Origin: Candidatus Limnocylindrales bacterium
GTDB lineage: Bacteria > Chloroflexota > Limnocylindria > Limnocylindrales > CSP1-4
Assembly (NCBI GenBank): GCA_038915815.1
Contig: JBCLCL010000006.1
Coordinates: 279-64,278 of the forward strand
Direction of reading: 5' to 3'
DNA: 64,000 bases
Under the pieces are notes generated by a model that saw nothing but the letters and a program-made list of their open reading frames with translations, ran no database searches and had not been told where the DNA came from. Of the stretch, positions 17,056 to 27,403 are shown piece after piece; position 1 is the stretch's first letter, and every line of letters starts with the position of its first letter. A program made the translations under genes and the position numbers.

Positions 17056-17937
17056 CTAGCCGTCGAGCAGTTTGCTTCCGGCCGCGTCCGGGGGGAGCCC
17101 CCCGCCGCCCGACGAGTCGAGCGCCTTCGCGATGGCCGCTTCGCGCTCGATCTTGGCCTGGCGCGAATGCTCCTTGTGGATGGCCACGACCTCGGCCGGA
17201 TCGCCCTCGGCGACGATCCGCCCCTTCTGGAGCAGGATCGCGCGATTGCAGAACTCGACCACCCAGTTCATGTCGTGGGTCACGAAGACCACGCCCTTCG
17301 CCTGCCGCACCAGATCGAGGACCCGCTGCTTCGACTTCGCCCGGAAGACCTCGTCGCCGGTGGCGAGGACCTCGTCGAGCAGCAGGATGTCCGGGTCCAC
17401 CGAGGTGGCGATCGAGAAGCCCAGCCGGGCGCGCATCCCCGACGAGTAGGTCCGGATCGGCGCGTCGATGAACGGGCCGAGGTCGGCGAACTCGATGATC
17501 CCGGGCGTGCGAGCGGCCATCTCGCGACCCTGGATCCCCAGGAACGCCCCGGCCAGCCGGATGTTCTCGCGGCCGGTCAACTCCTGGTCGAAGCCGGCCC
17601 CCAGGGTCAGCAGGCTGGAGATCAACCCATCCACCTCGACCGAGCCCTCCGACGGAAGGATGATCCCGGCGAGCACCTGGAGGAGCGTGCTCTTGCCGGC
17701 GCCGTTGGGCCCGATGACCGCCAGCGATTCGCCGTGGACCAGGTCGAAGCGGACGTCGCGCAGCGCCCAGAACTCCTCGGCAGGCTGGCGTACGAACAGG
17801 TTGACGAAGGTGCGATGGAGGGTGGTCTTGCGGGTGAAGCGGAGGCTGTACTTGACCCCGACCCCCTCGACGCGGATCGCCACCCGGGCGTTCGGCAGCG
17901 GTTCGGCCGGATGGGCGGGGCTGATCTCGGTGGCCAT
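17056..17937 (-). CDS. Polysaccharide/teichoic-acid-type ABC exporter, ATP-binding subunit (Wzt/TagH-like)
   Basis: Has Walker A (GPNGAGKST), the ABC signature (YSSGMRARL) and Walker B (ILLLDE). ATG 17937 lies 2 nt after the permease gene stop. Confidence 0.9.
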   Translation of the reverse strand: MATEISPAHPAEPLPNARVAIRVEGVGVKYSLRFTRKTTLHRTFVNLFVRQPAEEFWALRDVRFDLVHGESLAVIGPNGAGKSTLLQVLAGIILPSEGSVEVDGLISSLLTLGAGFDQELTGRENIRLAGAFLGIQGREMAARTPGIIEFADLGPFIDAPIRTYSSGMRARLGFSIATSVDPDILLLDEVLATGDEVFRAKSKQRVLDLVRQAKGVVFVTHDMNWVVEFCNRAILLQKGRIVAEGDPAEVVAIHKEHSRQAKIEREAAIAKALDSSGGGGLPPDAAGSKLLDG

Positions 17938-17939
17938 CG

Positions 17940-18806
17940 TCAGAGGACCTTGGCGAACGACGGCTCGACCCGCTTGAACAGGAGGGTGGTCAGCGCGAGC
18001 AGGACGAGCGAGGCGATGAGGAGGGCGGCCAGGCCGACCCAGTCCGGCGATCGTCCGCCGTAGATGACGTCGCGGTAGGCCGTGAACAGGATCGCGAACG
18101 GGTTGGCGAGGAGAAGCTGGCCGACCACCGGGATGTGGGCCGTGGCCGTTCGCAGGTCCTCGATCGCGTAGAGGCCCGGCGACAGGTAGAACCAGAGGCG
18201 AAGGGCGTGGCGCGACAGGTTGCCGATGTCGCGGTAGAAGACGTTGAGGGCCGCGAGACCGACCGCCAAGGCGAGGTTGAAGAAGAACTGGACCACCGCG
18301 ATGACCGGGATCAGCACGAGCCAGACCGACAGTCGATCCCGGTAGAGCAGCAGGATCAGGGCCGCCAGCGGGACCAGCCCGAACACGAAGTTGACCACGC
18401 CCGCGAAGACCGAGGCGAGCGGCAGGACCAGCTTCGGGAACTGGATCTGGCGGATCAGGCGATCCGCGCCGGTGACGGAGGTGATGGCGTCCTGGACCGT
18501 GGACTGGAACCACTTCCAGGGCAGGATCGCGGCAAAGATGAAGAGCGGATAGTCCGGCCCACCGCGATCGAAGACGACCGAGACGAGGACGACATAGACG
18601 GCCATCTGGAGGAGCGGATCGAGGACCCACCAGAGGTTGCCGAGCAGCGTGTCGGCGCCTTTCTTGCGGATGTCGGCCTGGACCAGGTAGCGGATCAACC
18701 GGCGGCGCTGGCTGACCTCGACGACGGCCTCGCGGAGGAGTCCGATGGGTCCGGGTCGGGCGGCGCCGCGGCGGAAATGGGCTGGCGCGTCGGCCGTCGC
18801 ACTCAT
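17940..18806 (-). CDS. ABC-2 type polysaccharide exporter permease (Wzm/TagG-like)
   Basis: 288 aa with six hydrophobic segments. The N-terminal RRLIRYLVQADIRKKGADTLLGNLWWVLDPL is typical of the ABC-2 permease family. Confidence 0.85.
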   Translation of the reverse strand: MSATADAPAHFRRGAARPGPIGLLREAVVEVSQRRRLIRYLVQADIRKKGADTLLGNLWWVLDPLLQMAVYVVLVSVVFDRGGPDYPLFIFAAILPWKWFQSTVQDAITSVTGADRLIRQIQFPKLVLPLASVFAGVVNFVFGLVPLAALILLLYRDRLSVWLVLIPVIAVVQFFFNLALAVGLAALNVFYRDIGNLSRHALRLWFYLSPGLYAIEDLRTATAHIPVVGQLLLANPFAILFTAYRDVIYGGRSPDWVGLAALLIASLVLLALTTLLFKRVEPSFAKVL

Positions 18807-18862
18807 GGGGCAGGCAGCGTACCACGGCCGAAGTGACGGTTGGGGTACGCTGCCCGACGCTC

Positions 18863-20107
18863 ATGACGCCCGCCCTCAGGCACTCCCTCCGGCACCCCAC
18901 CCCGCGACCCGTCGCCATGCTGACGCACTCCTATTACGAGGAGGACCCGCGCGTCAGGCGCGAAGCGGAGGCCCTCGCGGCGACCGGCCGACCGGTGGAT
19001 GTCTACGCCCTCCGACGACCCGGCGACCCACCGACCGAGCTGCTCGACGGCGTGACGGTTCGCCGCCTCGGCGTGCAGCGCCACCAGGGCGCCGGCCTTG
19101 GGACCTACCTGGGCGAGTACCTCGCATTCCTGGTCCGCGCCGGCTTCGCTCTCACCCGGGCACATCGTGGTCGACACTACGGCCTGGTCCAGGTCCACAC
19201 CCTGCCGGACTTCCTGGTCTTCGCCGCTCTCCCGCTCCGGCTGATGGGCGTGCCGGTCGTCCTGGACCTCCACGAGGCGATGCCCGAGTTCTTTCGCAGC
19301 CGGTTCCACGGGCGAGCGGGTCGCCTCGGGTACGCCCTGCTGCGGGTCCTGGAGAAGGCCGCGACCGGGTTTGCCAGCGCGGTCCTGACCGTCAACGACG
19401 CGCTGGGCGACCGGCTGATCGCGATCGGCGTGCCCGCTGCGAAGGTGACGATCGTGCGCAACGCACCGTCGCTCGCCCGCTTCGACCCTGCGCGCCATCC
19501 CGCGCGCCCGTTCATGACGGACGGCACGCTCCGACTGGTCTACGCCGGCGCGCTGAGCCCGATCTACGAGCTGGACGTGGTCCTCGAGGCGATCGCCCGC
19601 CTGGTGCAGCGGCGGCCGGGATTGCCGGTCAGCCTGGACCTGTACGGCCGCGACTTCGCCGAGGTGCCGCTCCGCGAGCGGGCCGGCGCGCTGGGGATCG
19701 GCGATCGGGTCGTCTTTCGCGGTCGAGTCCCGATCGAGGCGGTCCCGGCCGCGATCGCCGCCGCCGACGTCGGCCTCGCTCCCACGCGACGATCCGACTT
19801 CACCGACTTCTCGCTCTCGACCAAGGCCTACGAGTACGCCGCGATGGGCCGCACGGTGGTCGCCTCGCGCCTGCCGATGGTCGAGCGGACGTTCGGTGAC
19901 GACGCCGTGACCTACGAGCCGGGCGACCCCGACGATCTTGCCGCAGCCCTGCTCCGACTCGTCGACGACCCCGAAGCCCGCGAGGCGCGGATCGCTCGTG
20001 CGCTCGTGCGGGTTCGCGACCTTGGCTGGGAGCACGAGGCGGCGCACTACCTCGCCCTGATCGAGCGTCTCGCTGACGGGCCTCTGGTCGCCCGGTCCGC
20101 CGGGTGA
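18863..20107 (+). CDS. Family 4 glycosyltransferase
   Basis: Contains VAMLTHSYYEEDPRVRREAEALAATGRPVDVYAL and a C-terminal GT1 motif (STKAYEYAAMGRTVVAS). The start is uncertain (GTG 18833, ATG 18863 or ATG 18917). Confidence 0.75.
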   Translation: MTPALRHSLRHPTPRPVAMLTHSYYEEDPRVRREAEALAATGRPVDVYALRRPGDPPTELLDGVTVRRLGVQRHQGAGLGTYLGEYLAFLVRAGFALTRAHRGRHYGLVQVHTLPDFLVFAALPLRLMGVPVVLDLHEAMPEFFRSRFHGRAGRLGYALLRVLEKAATGFASAVLTVNDALGDRLIAIGVPAAKVTIVRNAPSLARFDPARHPARPFMTDGTLRLVYAGALSPIYELDVVLEAIARLVQRRPGLPVSLDLYGRDFAEVPLRERAGALGIGDRVVFRGRVPIEAVPAAIAAADVGLAPTRRSDFTDFSLSTKAYEYAAMGRTVVASRLPMVERTFGDDAVTYEPGDPDDLAAALLRLVDDPEAREARIARALVRVRDLGWEHEAAHYLALIERLADGPLVARSAG

Positions 20108-22308
20108 CCGGGACCCTCGCCTCGGGCGCCGGCACCGTCGAGCGGGAACGCTTCCGCCCGGACATCGAAGGCCTCCGTGCCATCGCGGTCGTACTGGTCC
20201 TGCTCTACCACGCGGCGGTCCCGGGCTTCGGCGGGGGATACGTCGGGGTCGACGTCTTCTTCGTCCTGTCGGGCTTCCTGATCAGCGGCCTGCTGCTCCG
20301 CGAGCTCGAGGCGACCGGGACGATCTCGCTGCCGTCCTTCTACGCCCGCCGCCTGCGCCGGCTGCTGCCGGCCGTGGCCCTGCTCATCCTGGTGACCGTC
20401 GCCGCGAGCGTCCTGGTCCTCTCGCCGTTGCGTGCCGGTGACGTCGCGGCCGACGGGGTCGCCGCTTCGCTCTACGCCTCCAACCTGCGCTTCGCCTTCC
20501 AGGCGACCGACTACCTCCAGTCCGAGCTGGCGCCCTCGCCGCTGCTCCACCTCTGGTCGCTCGGCGTCGAGGAGCAGTTCTACCTCTTCTGGCCGGCGCT
20601 CCTCCTGATCGTCACCCGCGGCGCACCCGGTGTCGCCCGCCGCGTCGGCATCCTGGCCGCCGCGGTGCTGGTCTCCTCGTTCGGCCTCTCGCTCTGGCTC
20701 ACCACGGCCAGTGCCCCGTGGGCCTTCTTCTCGCTGCCGACCCGCGCCTGGGAACTGGGCATCGGCGCGCTCCTGGCGGTCGGGGCCGCGCGGCTCGCGG
20801 CGCTTCCCGGCCCCCTCGCCGCCGGCGCCGGATGGACTGGCCTGGCGATGATCGGAGCGGCGGGCCTGGTCATCGATACGAGCACACCGTTTCCGGGCGT
20901 CGCCGCCCTGCTGCCAACGATCGGCACGGCGCTGGCGATGCTCCCCGGGATGGCCCGGTCGGCCGTCGGGCCCGCCGCTCTCCTGGTCCGACTCCTCGGC
21001 TGGCGCCCGGCACGGTTCCTGGGGCGCATCTCCTATTCACTCTACCTGTGGCACTGGCCGTTGCTCGTCATCCCCACCGCGGTGGCCGGTGAAGCGCTGC
21101 CGCTGCCCGTGCGTGTCGGCCTGATGCTGGTGGCGATCCCGATCGCTTACGCCAGTCAACGCTGGCTGGAGGACCCGATCCGTCGCGGCCGCCTCGTCGG
21201 CACTGTGCCGCGACGCAACCTGGCGCTCGCCGGGGCCCTCTCGATCGCGGTCGCAACGACGTCGCTCGGCCTCGGCCTGATAACCACCGGGCGACTCGCC
21301 GGCGCCGGTGATGGAGGATCGGGGAACCTGCCAGGTTCTGATGAGCCGCTCCCCGAGCTCGGCGGCCTCGCCCCGACGCCCGCCCGGACGCCAGCCACGC
21401 CGACCGGGCCGACCGAGCCGACCGGGCCGACCGAACCGCCCGCCAGCTCGTCGTCGGCGACGACCGCCCAGCCCTCGACCCTGCCCGCACCGCCGGGCGG
21501 GCCCGTGCCGGCTGACCTCATCCCGTCCCTGGCCGCCGCACGCGACGACATCCCGGCCATCTACGGCAACGGCTGCCATCTCTCCCAGCCCGCCACCGCC
21601 ATCCCCGAGTGCGCCTTCGGTGACCCGGCATCGTCCACGGTGGTGATCCTGTTCGGCGACTCACATGCCGCCCAGTGGTTCCCGGCGCTCGAGCGGCTGG
21701 CGATCGAGCGATCGTGGCGCCTCGTTTCATTGACCAGGAGCGGCTGCACGCCGGCGGCGATCAGCGTCTGGAGCACGAACCTGAAGCGGCCCGACACCGA
21801 GTGCGACGGCTGGCGGGACCGGGTCATCGAGCGTGTCGCCATGGAGCGGCCGGACCTTGTGATCGTCGCCGGCAGCCATCCCTATCCATCGGCGGGGAGT
21901 GGCGGACCGGCGACCCCGGACGGCGGGGAGGCCCTGGCGGCCGGCCTGGGCGCGACCCTCGAGCGACTGACGCCGTGGGCGGGAGCGGTCGTGCTGATCG
22001 GGGACACCCCCAAGTTCGACTTCGATCCCCCCGACTGCCTCTCCCGGCATCTCGACGACATCCTGGCGTGTACGGAGCCGCGCGCCCGGATGCTCGATCT
22101 CGCCTGGGCCCGGTCTGAGGCGAGCGTCGCAGAAGCGAGCGGTGCGGCGTTCGTGGATCCGACCGACTGGGCCTGCCCCACCGACCCGTGCCCCGCGGTC
22201 GTCGGGCGCTACCTGGTCTACCGCGACCGGCACCACCTCGCGACGCCCTACGTCAGCGCGCTCCGGGGCCGCCTGGCGGCCGCGCTCCCCGACCCGGGCC
22301 TGCGCTAG
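20104..22308 (+). CDS. Acyltransferase family 3 (OafA/YrhL-type) membrane O-acyltransferase fused to a C-terminal SGNH domain
   Basis: The N-terminus FRPDIEGLRAIAVVLVLLYHA...GYVGVDVFFVLSGFLI is followed by about 10 TM segments, a PT-rich linker (PTGPTEPTGPTEP), and a C-terminal SGNH-like VVILFGDSHAAQW. GTG 20104 overlaps the upstream stop. Confidence 0.85.
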   Translation: MTGTLASGAGTVERERFRPDIEGLRAIAVVLVLLYHAAVPGFGGGYVGVDVFFVLSGFLISGLLLRELEATGTISLPSFYARRLRRLLPAVALLILVTVAASVLVLSPLRAGDVAADGVAASLYASNLRFAFQATDYLQSELAPSPLLHLWSLGVEEQFYLFWPALLLIVTRGAPGVARRVGILAAAVLVSSFGLSLWLTTASAPWAFFSLPTRAWELGIGALLAVGAARLAALPGPLAAGAGWTGLAMIGAAGLVIDTSTPFPGVAALLPTIGTALAMLPGMARSAVGPAALLVRLLGWRPARFLGRISYSLYLWHWPLLVIPTAVAGEALPLPVRVGLMLVAIPIAYASQRWLEDPIRRGRLVGTVPRRNLALAGALSIAVATTSLGLGLITTGRLAGAGDGGSGNLPGSDEPLPELGGLAPTPARTPATPTGPTEPTGPTEPPASSSSATTAQPSTLPAPPGGPVPADLIPSLAAARDDIPAIYGNGCHLSQPATAIPECAFGDPASSTVVILFGDSHAAQWFPALERLAIERSWRLVSLTRSGCTPAAISVWSTNLKRPDTECDGWRDRVIERVAMERPDLVIVAGSHPYPSAGSGGPATPDGGEALAAGLGATLERLTPWAGAVVLIGDTPKFDFDPPDCLSRHLDDILACTEPRARMLDLAWARSEASVAEASGAAFVDPTDWACPTDPCPAVVGRYLVYRDRHHLATPYVSALRGRLAAALPDPGLR

Positions 22309-22410
22309 CCAGGCGTTCCAGCGCGTGGCGTCCAGCGGACTTCGGGTACCATACCTTGCCCGTCGTACCCCGGCGTCAGCCGGTCATGCCAACAGGGAAC
22401 TGCTCAGCCC

Positions 22411-24147
22411 ATGACCCTCAAAGCCAAGCCCGCCGTCAAACGCGCCCAGCGTCCCTCGTGGGAGGGCCAGGACCGGCGGAACTTCTACCTCAACATCGCC
22501 TTCGGCCTGGTGGTCGCTGCCGCCGTCGTCATCCTCGTCATCGCCGCCGCCATCACCTGGTACGACGCGCACCTCGCGTCCGTCGGCAGCGTCAACGGCC
22601 AGTCGATCACCAAGGACGAGTTCCGCGATCGCTTCAAGATCGAGTCGTGGCGGGTCGACGAGGCCGAGCGGCGCATCCGGACCGCCGTGGCGGGCGGCCA
22701 GCTGAGCGAGGCGGACGCGCAGGCCCAGCTCTCGTCCCTGGGCAACACGCGAAACCAGCTGGCCACGACCGCCCTGGAGCGGATCATCGACGCCAGGCTC
22801 CAGGCGAGCCTGGCCGTCGAGGAGGGCGTCAGCGTGACGCCAGCCGATGTCGATGCCCGGCTGCTCGAGGAAGCCACGACACCCGAGCAGCGCCATGGCT
22901 GGGTCATCGAGCTGGCACCCGAGTCCGATGTCGGCGCGGTCGGCGCGACCTCGGCCCAGAAGGCCGTGGCCCGGACCGCCGCGGAGGCCGCCCTCAAGCG
23001 GCTCCAGGGGGGCGAGGCCTGGGAGGACGTGGCGAAGGCCGTCTCCACGGACTCGACGACCGCCCCGCAGTCGGGCGACCTCGGCTGGATCCAGAAGGAC
23101 GACAGGCAGCTCGATGAGCCGTATCTGACCGCGATCTTCGCCGCCGAGCTGAACACGCCGACGGCAGTGATCGAGGGCGGCGATGGGATCTTCCGGATCG
23201 GCCGTGTGACGGAGATCGCCCCGGAAGTCGTGGACGACGTCTACCAGGCCAAGCTGACCAACGACGGGATCGACCTGGTCAAGTACCGCGCGGTCCTGGA
23301 GGCGGATGTCATCCACTCGAAGCTCGAGGACAAGATCCTGGCCCAGGTGAGCGGCCCGGGTCCGCAGCGCCATGTCCAGGAGATCTACATCAAGGAGGCG
23401 GATCCGTCGCTCGGCGCGGACGCGATCAAGGTGCGCCACATCCTCTACTCGCCCAAGGACGATCCGTCCGGCGCGTCCACCCTGGATGCCGCGGACCCCG
23501 CCTGGGCGGCTGCCGAGGTGGAGGCAAACGCGACCCACGCAAAGCTCGTCGCGGATCCGGCCCTGTTCGACTCGATCGCCCGCACGGAGAGCGACGAGGG
23601 GAGCGCCCTGGGCCCAACGGGAAGCGGAGGCAAGCTGCCCTACTTCGACAAGAACAGCGGCATCGACGAGGCGTTCAAGACCGCCATCGTTGCCCCGGGC
23701 CTCAAGGCGGGCGACCTCCTCGAGCCGGTCAGGTCGTCGTTCGGCTGGCACGTCATCCAGGTGATGTACCTGCCGCTGGACCTCGGCCGGATGAACTCGC
23801 TCAAGACGAAGGCGGATTCCGGAGCCGACTTCGCCGTGCTCGCCCGCGACGACTCCGAGGCCGATTCGGCCGGAGCCGGCGGGGATCTCGGCTGGATCGC
23901 CAAGGGCCAGCTCGACGAGCGCCTCATCAGCGCGATCTTCGCTGCGGGGATCGGCGGGACGACGGACCCCATCGGCGTCGTCGGCGACGGCCTCTACCTG
24001 TTCAAGGTGCTCGGCGAGGAGGTTCGGACGCCGGATGGGCGGCAGCTCGAGGTGCTCCGCTCGTCCGCCTTCGCCGATTGGTACCAGGTCAGGAAGGCGG
24101 CGGCCGAGATCGTCCGGGACGAGTCCATCGCAGGCAGCCTCACGTAG
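22411..24147 (+). CDS. Membrane-anchored PpiC/parvulin-type peptidyl-prolyl isomerase (PrsA/SurA-like)
   Basis: Has an N-terminal TM anchor (IAFGLVVAAAVVILVIAAAITW) and two rotamase-like segments (GDLGWIQKDD..., IKVRHILYSPKDD...FGWHVIQVMY, GDLGWIAKGQL). Confidence 0.8.
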   Translation: MTLKAKPAVKRAQRPSWEGQDRRNFYLNIAFGLVVAAAVVILVIAAAITWYDAHLASVGSVNGQSITKDEFRDRFKIESWRVDEAERRIRTAVAGGQLSEADAQAQLSSLGNTRNQLATTALERIIDARLQASLAVEEGVSVTPADVDARLLEEATTPEQRHGWVIELAPESDVGAVGATSAQKAVARTAAEAALKRLQGGEAWEDVAKAVSTDSTTAPQSGDLGWIQKDDRQLDEPYLTAIFAAELNTPTAVIEGGDGIFRIGRVTEIAPEVVDDVYQAKLTNDGIDLVKYRAVLEADVIHSKLEDKILAQVSGPGPQRHVQEIYIKEADPSLGADAIKVRHILYSPKDDPSGASTLDAADPAWAAAEVEANATHAKLVADPALFDSIARTESDEGSALGPTGSGGKLPYFDKNSGIDEAFKTAIVAPGLKAGDLLEPVRSSFGWHVIQVMYLPLDLGRMNSLKTKADSGADFAVLARDDSEADSAGAGGDLGWIAKGQLDERLISAIFAAGIGGTTDPIGVVGDGLYLFKVLGEEVRTPDGRQLEVLRSSAFADWYQVRKAAAEIVRDESIAGSLT

Positions 24148-24160
24148 ACGAGGGGAGCCG

Positions 24161-25321
24161 GTGCTCGACGCGCTGGTCGCGGAGGCGCGGCTCCGCTGGG
24201 GGTTCGAGCCCGCGGACGGGCTGCAGATCGTGACGGCCGAGCGCCTCGTCGCCAGCCCGATCGAGGCATCTCGGCCGGTCCTGATCGTGCCCCTGGCGGT
24301 ACTGCGCCCGGGCGCTCCAGCCGACGCGGTGGTGCCCGAGCCCCTGCCCGGGCGCGCCGGGCCGGCTTCGGACGATCCGCTCAGCCTGCTCCGCCGGCTC
24401 TACCCGGCGGATCACCCGGTCGGCCGTTTCGGTGCCGCGGACGGTGCCACGGTCGACTCACTCGTCACCGATCACCTCGGCGCGCCGCTCTACATCGGCC
24501 CGCTCCCCCCGGATCTGGCGCTGTCGGGACCCTGGGCGATGCCCTGGATCTCCGCGCGCCTGCGCCGCCCCGACGGCTGCCCATGGGACCGCGAACAGAC
24601 CCACGGCTCGCTGCGCAAGCACCTGCTCGAGGAGGCCTACGAGGTCTACGATGCTCTCGAGGCCGGGGCGACGCCGAAGCTGGCCGGGGAGCTGGGCGAC
24701 CTGTGGCTCCAGATCGTGCTGCACGCACAGCTGGCCGCCGAGGCCGGCGTCTTCGACCTGACCGACGTCCAGGCGGCGATCGCCTCGAAGATCGTCCGTC
24801 GTCACCCGCATGTTTTCGCCGATGCGGAGGCGCGGACCGCGACCGACGTGAATCGCCAGTGGGAGCGGATCAAGGCCGACGAGCGAACCGCCGCGGCCGC
24901 GGACGAGGTCGGCGGCGATGGGCTGCCCGGGAGCGCCCTGGACGGGATCAGCCCGTCCCTGCCCGCCCTGGCTGCCAGCCAGGAGATGCAGGAACGGGCC
25001 GCCAATCTCGGCTATGACTGGCCGTCGATCGATGGCGTGCTGGACAAGGTGGTCGAGGAGGCCGACGAGCTGCGCCGGGCGGCCAGCGACGCCGAGCGGA
25101 GTGAGGAGTTCGGCGACCTGCTGTTCGTCCTCGTCAACGTCGCGCGTCGTCGCGGGATCGAGGCCGAGGCTGCCGTCCGCGCGGCCAACGACAAGTTCCG
25201 GCGCCGGTTCGCCAGCGTCGAGCGCGGTGCCGCCGCACAGGGCGTCGCCCTGCGCGACCTCGACTTCGCGGCGCTCGACGCACTGTGGGATGCTGCCAAG
25301 GCTGAGGAGAAGACGATATGA
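24161..25321 (+). CDS. mazG: Nucleoside triphosphate pyrophosphohydrolase MazG with an N-terminal extension
   Basis: GTG 24161 follows GAGGGGAG. MazG hallmarks are present: [26 protein letters not shown], and a second repeat [22 protein letters not shown]. Confidence 0.85.
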   Translation: MLDALVAEARLRWGFEPADGLQIVTAERLVASPIEASRPVLIVPLAVLRPGAPADAVVPEPLPGRAGPASDDPLSLLRRLYPADHPVGRFGAADGATVDSLVTDHLGAPLYIGPLPPDLALSGPWAMPWISARLRRPDGCPWDREQTHGSLRKHLLEEAYEVYDALEAGATPKLAGELGDLWLQIVLHAQLAAEAGVFDLTDVQAAIASKIVRRHPHVFADAEARTATDVNRQWERIKADERTAAAADEVGGDGLPGSALDGISPSLPALAASQEMQERAANLGYDWPSIDGVLDKVVEEADELRRAASDAERSEEFGDLLFVLVNVARRRGIEAEAAVRAANDKFRRRFASVERGAAAQGVALRDLDFAALDALWDAAKAEEKTI

Positions 25322-26055
25322 CCATCGGCAATCGGCCGCCCATTATGCGAGCCGACGGGCGCGGACCCAACGACCTTCGACCGGTCAGCTTCACGCTCGG
25401 GGTCCAGAAGTGGGCCGAGGGCTCGTGTCGGATCCGGGTCGGCGACACCGAGGTCCTGTGCGCCGCGACGATCGTGGATCGGGTGCCGCCGCACCTGCGC
25501 GGGAAGGGGACCGGCTGGGTCACCGCCGAGTACTCGATGCTCCCGCGTGCCACGGCGGAGCGGACCGATCGCGAATCGGTCAAGGGCCGGATCGGCGGGC
25601 GGACCCACGAGATCCAGCGGCTGATCGGGCGCTCGCTGCGCGGCGTGGTCGATCTGACCCGGCTGGGAGAGCGGACCATCACGATCGACTGCGACGTCCT
25701 CCAGGCCGATGGCGGGACGCGGACGGCGTCGATCACCGGCGGATACGTCGCCCTCGCCGCGGCGCTGATCACCTACGGGATGGAGCGCCACCTTGTCGCC
25801 AAGGTCGCCGCCGTCTCGGTCGGCCTGGTCGATGGCGTCCCGTACCTCGACCTCGACTACCCGGAGGATTCGCGGGCGGACGTGGACTTCAACGTGGTCG
25901 GCACGGACGCCGGCGCCTACGTGGAACTGCAGGGGACCGCGGAGGGCAAGCCGTTCGACCGAGCGGCCGCCAGCGGCCTCCTGGACCTGGCCGACGCGGG
26001 GCTGGCCCGCCTGTTCGAGGCACAGGCCGCCGTGCTCGCCACCGTCCGACGGTGA
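25318..26055 (+). CDS. rph: Ribonuclease PH
   Basis: 245 aa. Contains [27 protein letters not shown] and [18 protein letters not shown]. Has an ATGA overlap with mazG. Confidence 0.95.
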   Translation: MTIGNRPPIMRADGRGPNDLRPVSFTLGVQKWAEGSCRIRVGDTEVLCAATIVDRVPPHLRGKGTGWVTAEYSMLPRATAERTDRESVKGRIGGRTHEIQRLIGRSLRGVVDLTRLGERTITIDCDVLQADGGTRTASITGGYVALAAALITYGMERHLVAKVAAVSVGLVDGVPYLDLDYPEDSRADVDFNVVGTDAGAYVELQGTAEGKPFDRAAASGLLDLADAGLARLFEAQAAVLATVRR

Positions 26056-26684
26056 GCCGCCGGCGACTCCTGGTCGCCACCCACTCCGAGCACAAGCTGC
26101 GCGAACTGCGCGAGTTGCTCGACCTGCGCCATACGGACCTCGTCTCGCTGCTCGACCTGGGCATCGCCGACGATCCGATCGAGGACGGGGCCACGTTCGA
26201 GACCAATGCCGCGATCAAGGCCCGTTTCGGCGCGCGGGTCTCCGGACTGCCGACGCTGGCCGACGATTCGGGCCTGGAGGTGGAGGCGCTCGGCGGCGGT
26301 CCGGGCGTGCGGACCCGCCGCTACGCGGGCGAGCACGCCAGCGATACCGACAACAACGCCAAACTGCTGGGCGCGCTGCGCGGCCTGCCGCCGGACCGCC
26401 GAGGCGCCCGGTACGTGTGTGTGCTGGCCCTGGCCCTCCCGGGTCCGGTGGGGCCTCGCGGCGGGCTTGCGGTGATCCTCTCCCGTGGGACCTGCCGCGG
26501 GCGGATCGCGACCGAGCCGCGTGGTGCCGGCGGCTTCGGCTACGACCCGATCTTCGAGCCGGCCTCGGAACCGCCCGGCGGCCGCACGCTGGGGCTGTGG
26601 AGCCCCGCCGAGAAGCACGCGATCTCCCACCGTGCCCGGGCCGCGCGTCGGATGACCCCCCACCTGGCCGCCCTCCACTTCTGA
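26052..26684 (+). CDS. rdgB: Non-canonical purine NTP pyrophosphatase (RdgB/HAM1 family)
   Basis: GTG 26052 overlaps the rph stop. Contains [44 protein letters not shown] and [10 protein letters not shown]. Confidence 0.9.
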   Translation: MSRRRLLVATHSEHKLRELRELLDLRHTDLVSLLDLGIADDPIEDGATFETNAAIKARFGARVSGLPTLADDSGLEVEALGGGPGVRTRRYAGEHASDTDNNAKLLGALRGLPPDRRGARYVCVLALALPGPVGPRGGLAVILSRGTCRGRIATEPRGAGGFGYDPIFEPASEPPGGRTLGLWSPAEKHAISHRARAARRMTPHLAALHF

Positions 26685-26719
26685 CGATCCGGGCCCTGGG
26701 GTCGCCCACAGAGCAGGTA

Positions 26720-26747
26720 TTGACGCGGCAGCTGACTGGCATATGCT
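26720..26747 (+). promoter_or_regulatory. Candidate sigma-70-type promoter (TTGACG-N16-TATGCT) for the phospholipid operon
   Basis: The hexamers are at 26720-26725 and 26742-26747, 18 nt upstream of ATG 26765, in the only gap after rdgB. Confidence 0.35.
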
Positions 26748-26764
26748 CCGGGACGGCCAGCTGG

Positions 26765-27403
26765 ATGGACCGTTCCATTCCTGGTGGATATGGCTCCGGG
26801 GCTGCCGTGGACCTGTACCGATCCAAATCGACCGTCGCGCGCCGGCTGGAGCCCGTGATCGACCAGCTCGCGCGACGTGGTGTAAGTGCCGACACGCTGA
26901 CCCTGGCCGCCATTCCGGTCGGCTTCGTGGCTGGCGGGTGCCTCCTCCTGTCGCCGGTCATGCCCGTGGTCCTGTTGGCCGTCCCGCTGCTCGCCGCCGC
27001 CCGACTCATCCTGAATCTGCTCGACGGCGCGGTCGCCCGGCGGACTGAGCGGACCCATCCACGCGGCGAGCTCTACAACGAGCTGGGCGACCGGTTGACC
27101 GACGTCGCCTTTCTGGCGCCGGTTGCCTTCCTGCCGGGCGCGGACCGTACGATCGTGCTTCTCGGTGTGACGGGCGCCGTATTCGCGAGTTTCGCTGGGC
27201 TGGCTTCCCGGGCCGCCGGCGGCGAGCGAATCTATCGAGGCATCCTGTCCAAGCCAGGGCGGATGGTGCTCCTCGCCGTCTCCGCCGTCGCCGCCTTCGT
27301 CCTGGGCCCGCAAGCCTGGGGTCCATTCGGGCCCTTGTTGCTCCTCGGGACGGTGCTGACCGCCGCAGAGCGGATCTTCGTCGCGATTCGGAAGCTCGCG
27401 TGA
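26765..27403 (+). CDS. CDP-alcohol phosphatidyltransferase family protein (head-group specificity unknown)
   Basis: Has the family motif D-G-x2-A-R-x8-G-x3-D-x3-D, seen as LDGAVARRTERTHPRGELYNELGDRLTD. Multi-pass membrane protein. Confidence 0.8.
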   Translation: MDRSIPGGYGSGAAVDLYRSKSTVARRLEPVIDQLARRGVSADTLTLAAIPVGFVAGGCLLLSPVMPVVLLAVPLLAAARLILNLLDGAVARRTERTHPRGELYNELGDRLTDVAFLAPVAFLPGADRTIVLLGVTGAVFASFAGLASRAAGGERIYRGILSKPGRMVLLAVSAVAAFVLGPQAWGPFGPLLLLGTVLTAAERIFVAIRKLA

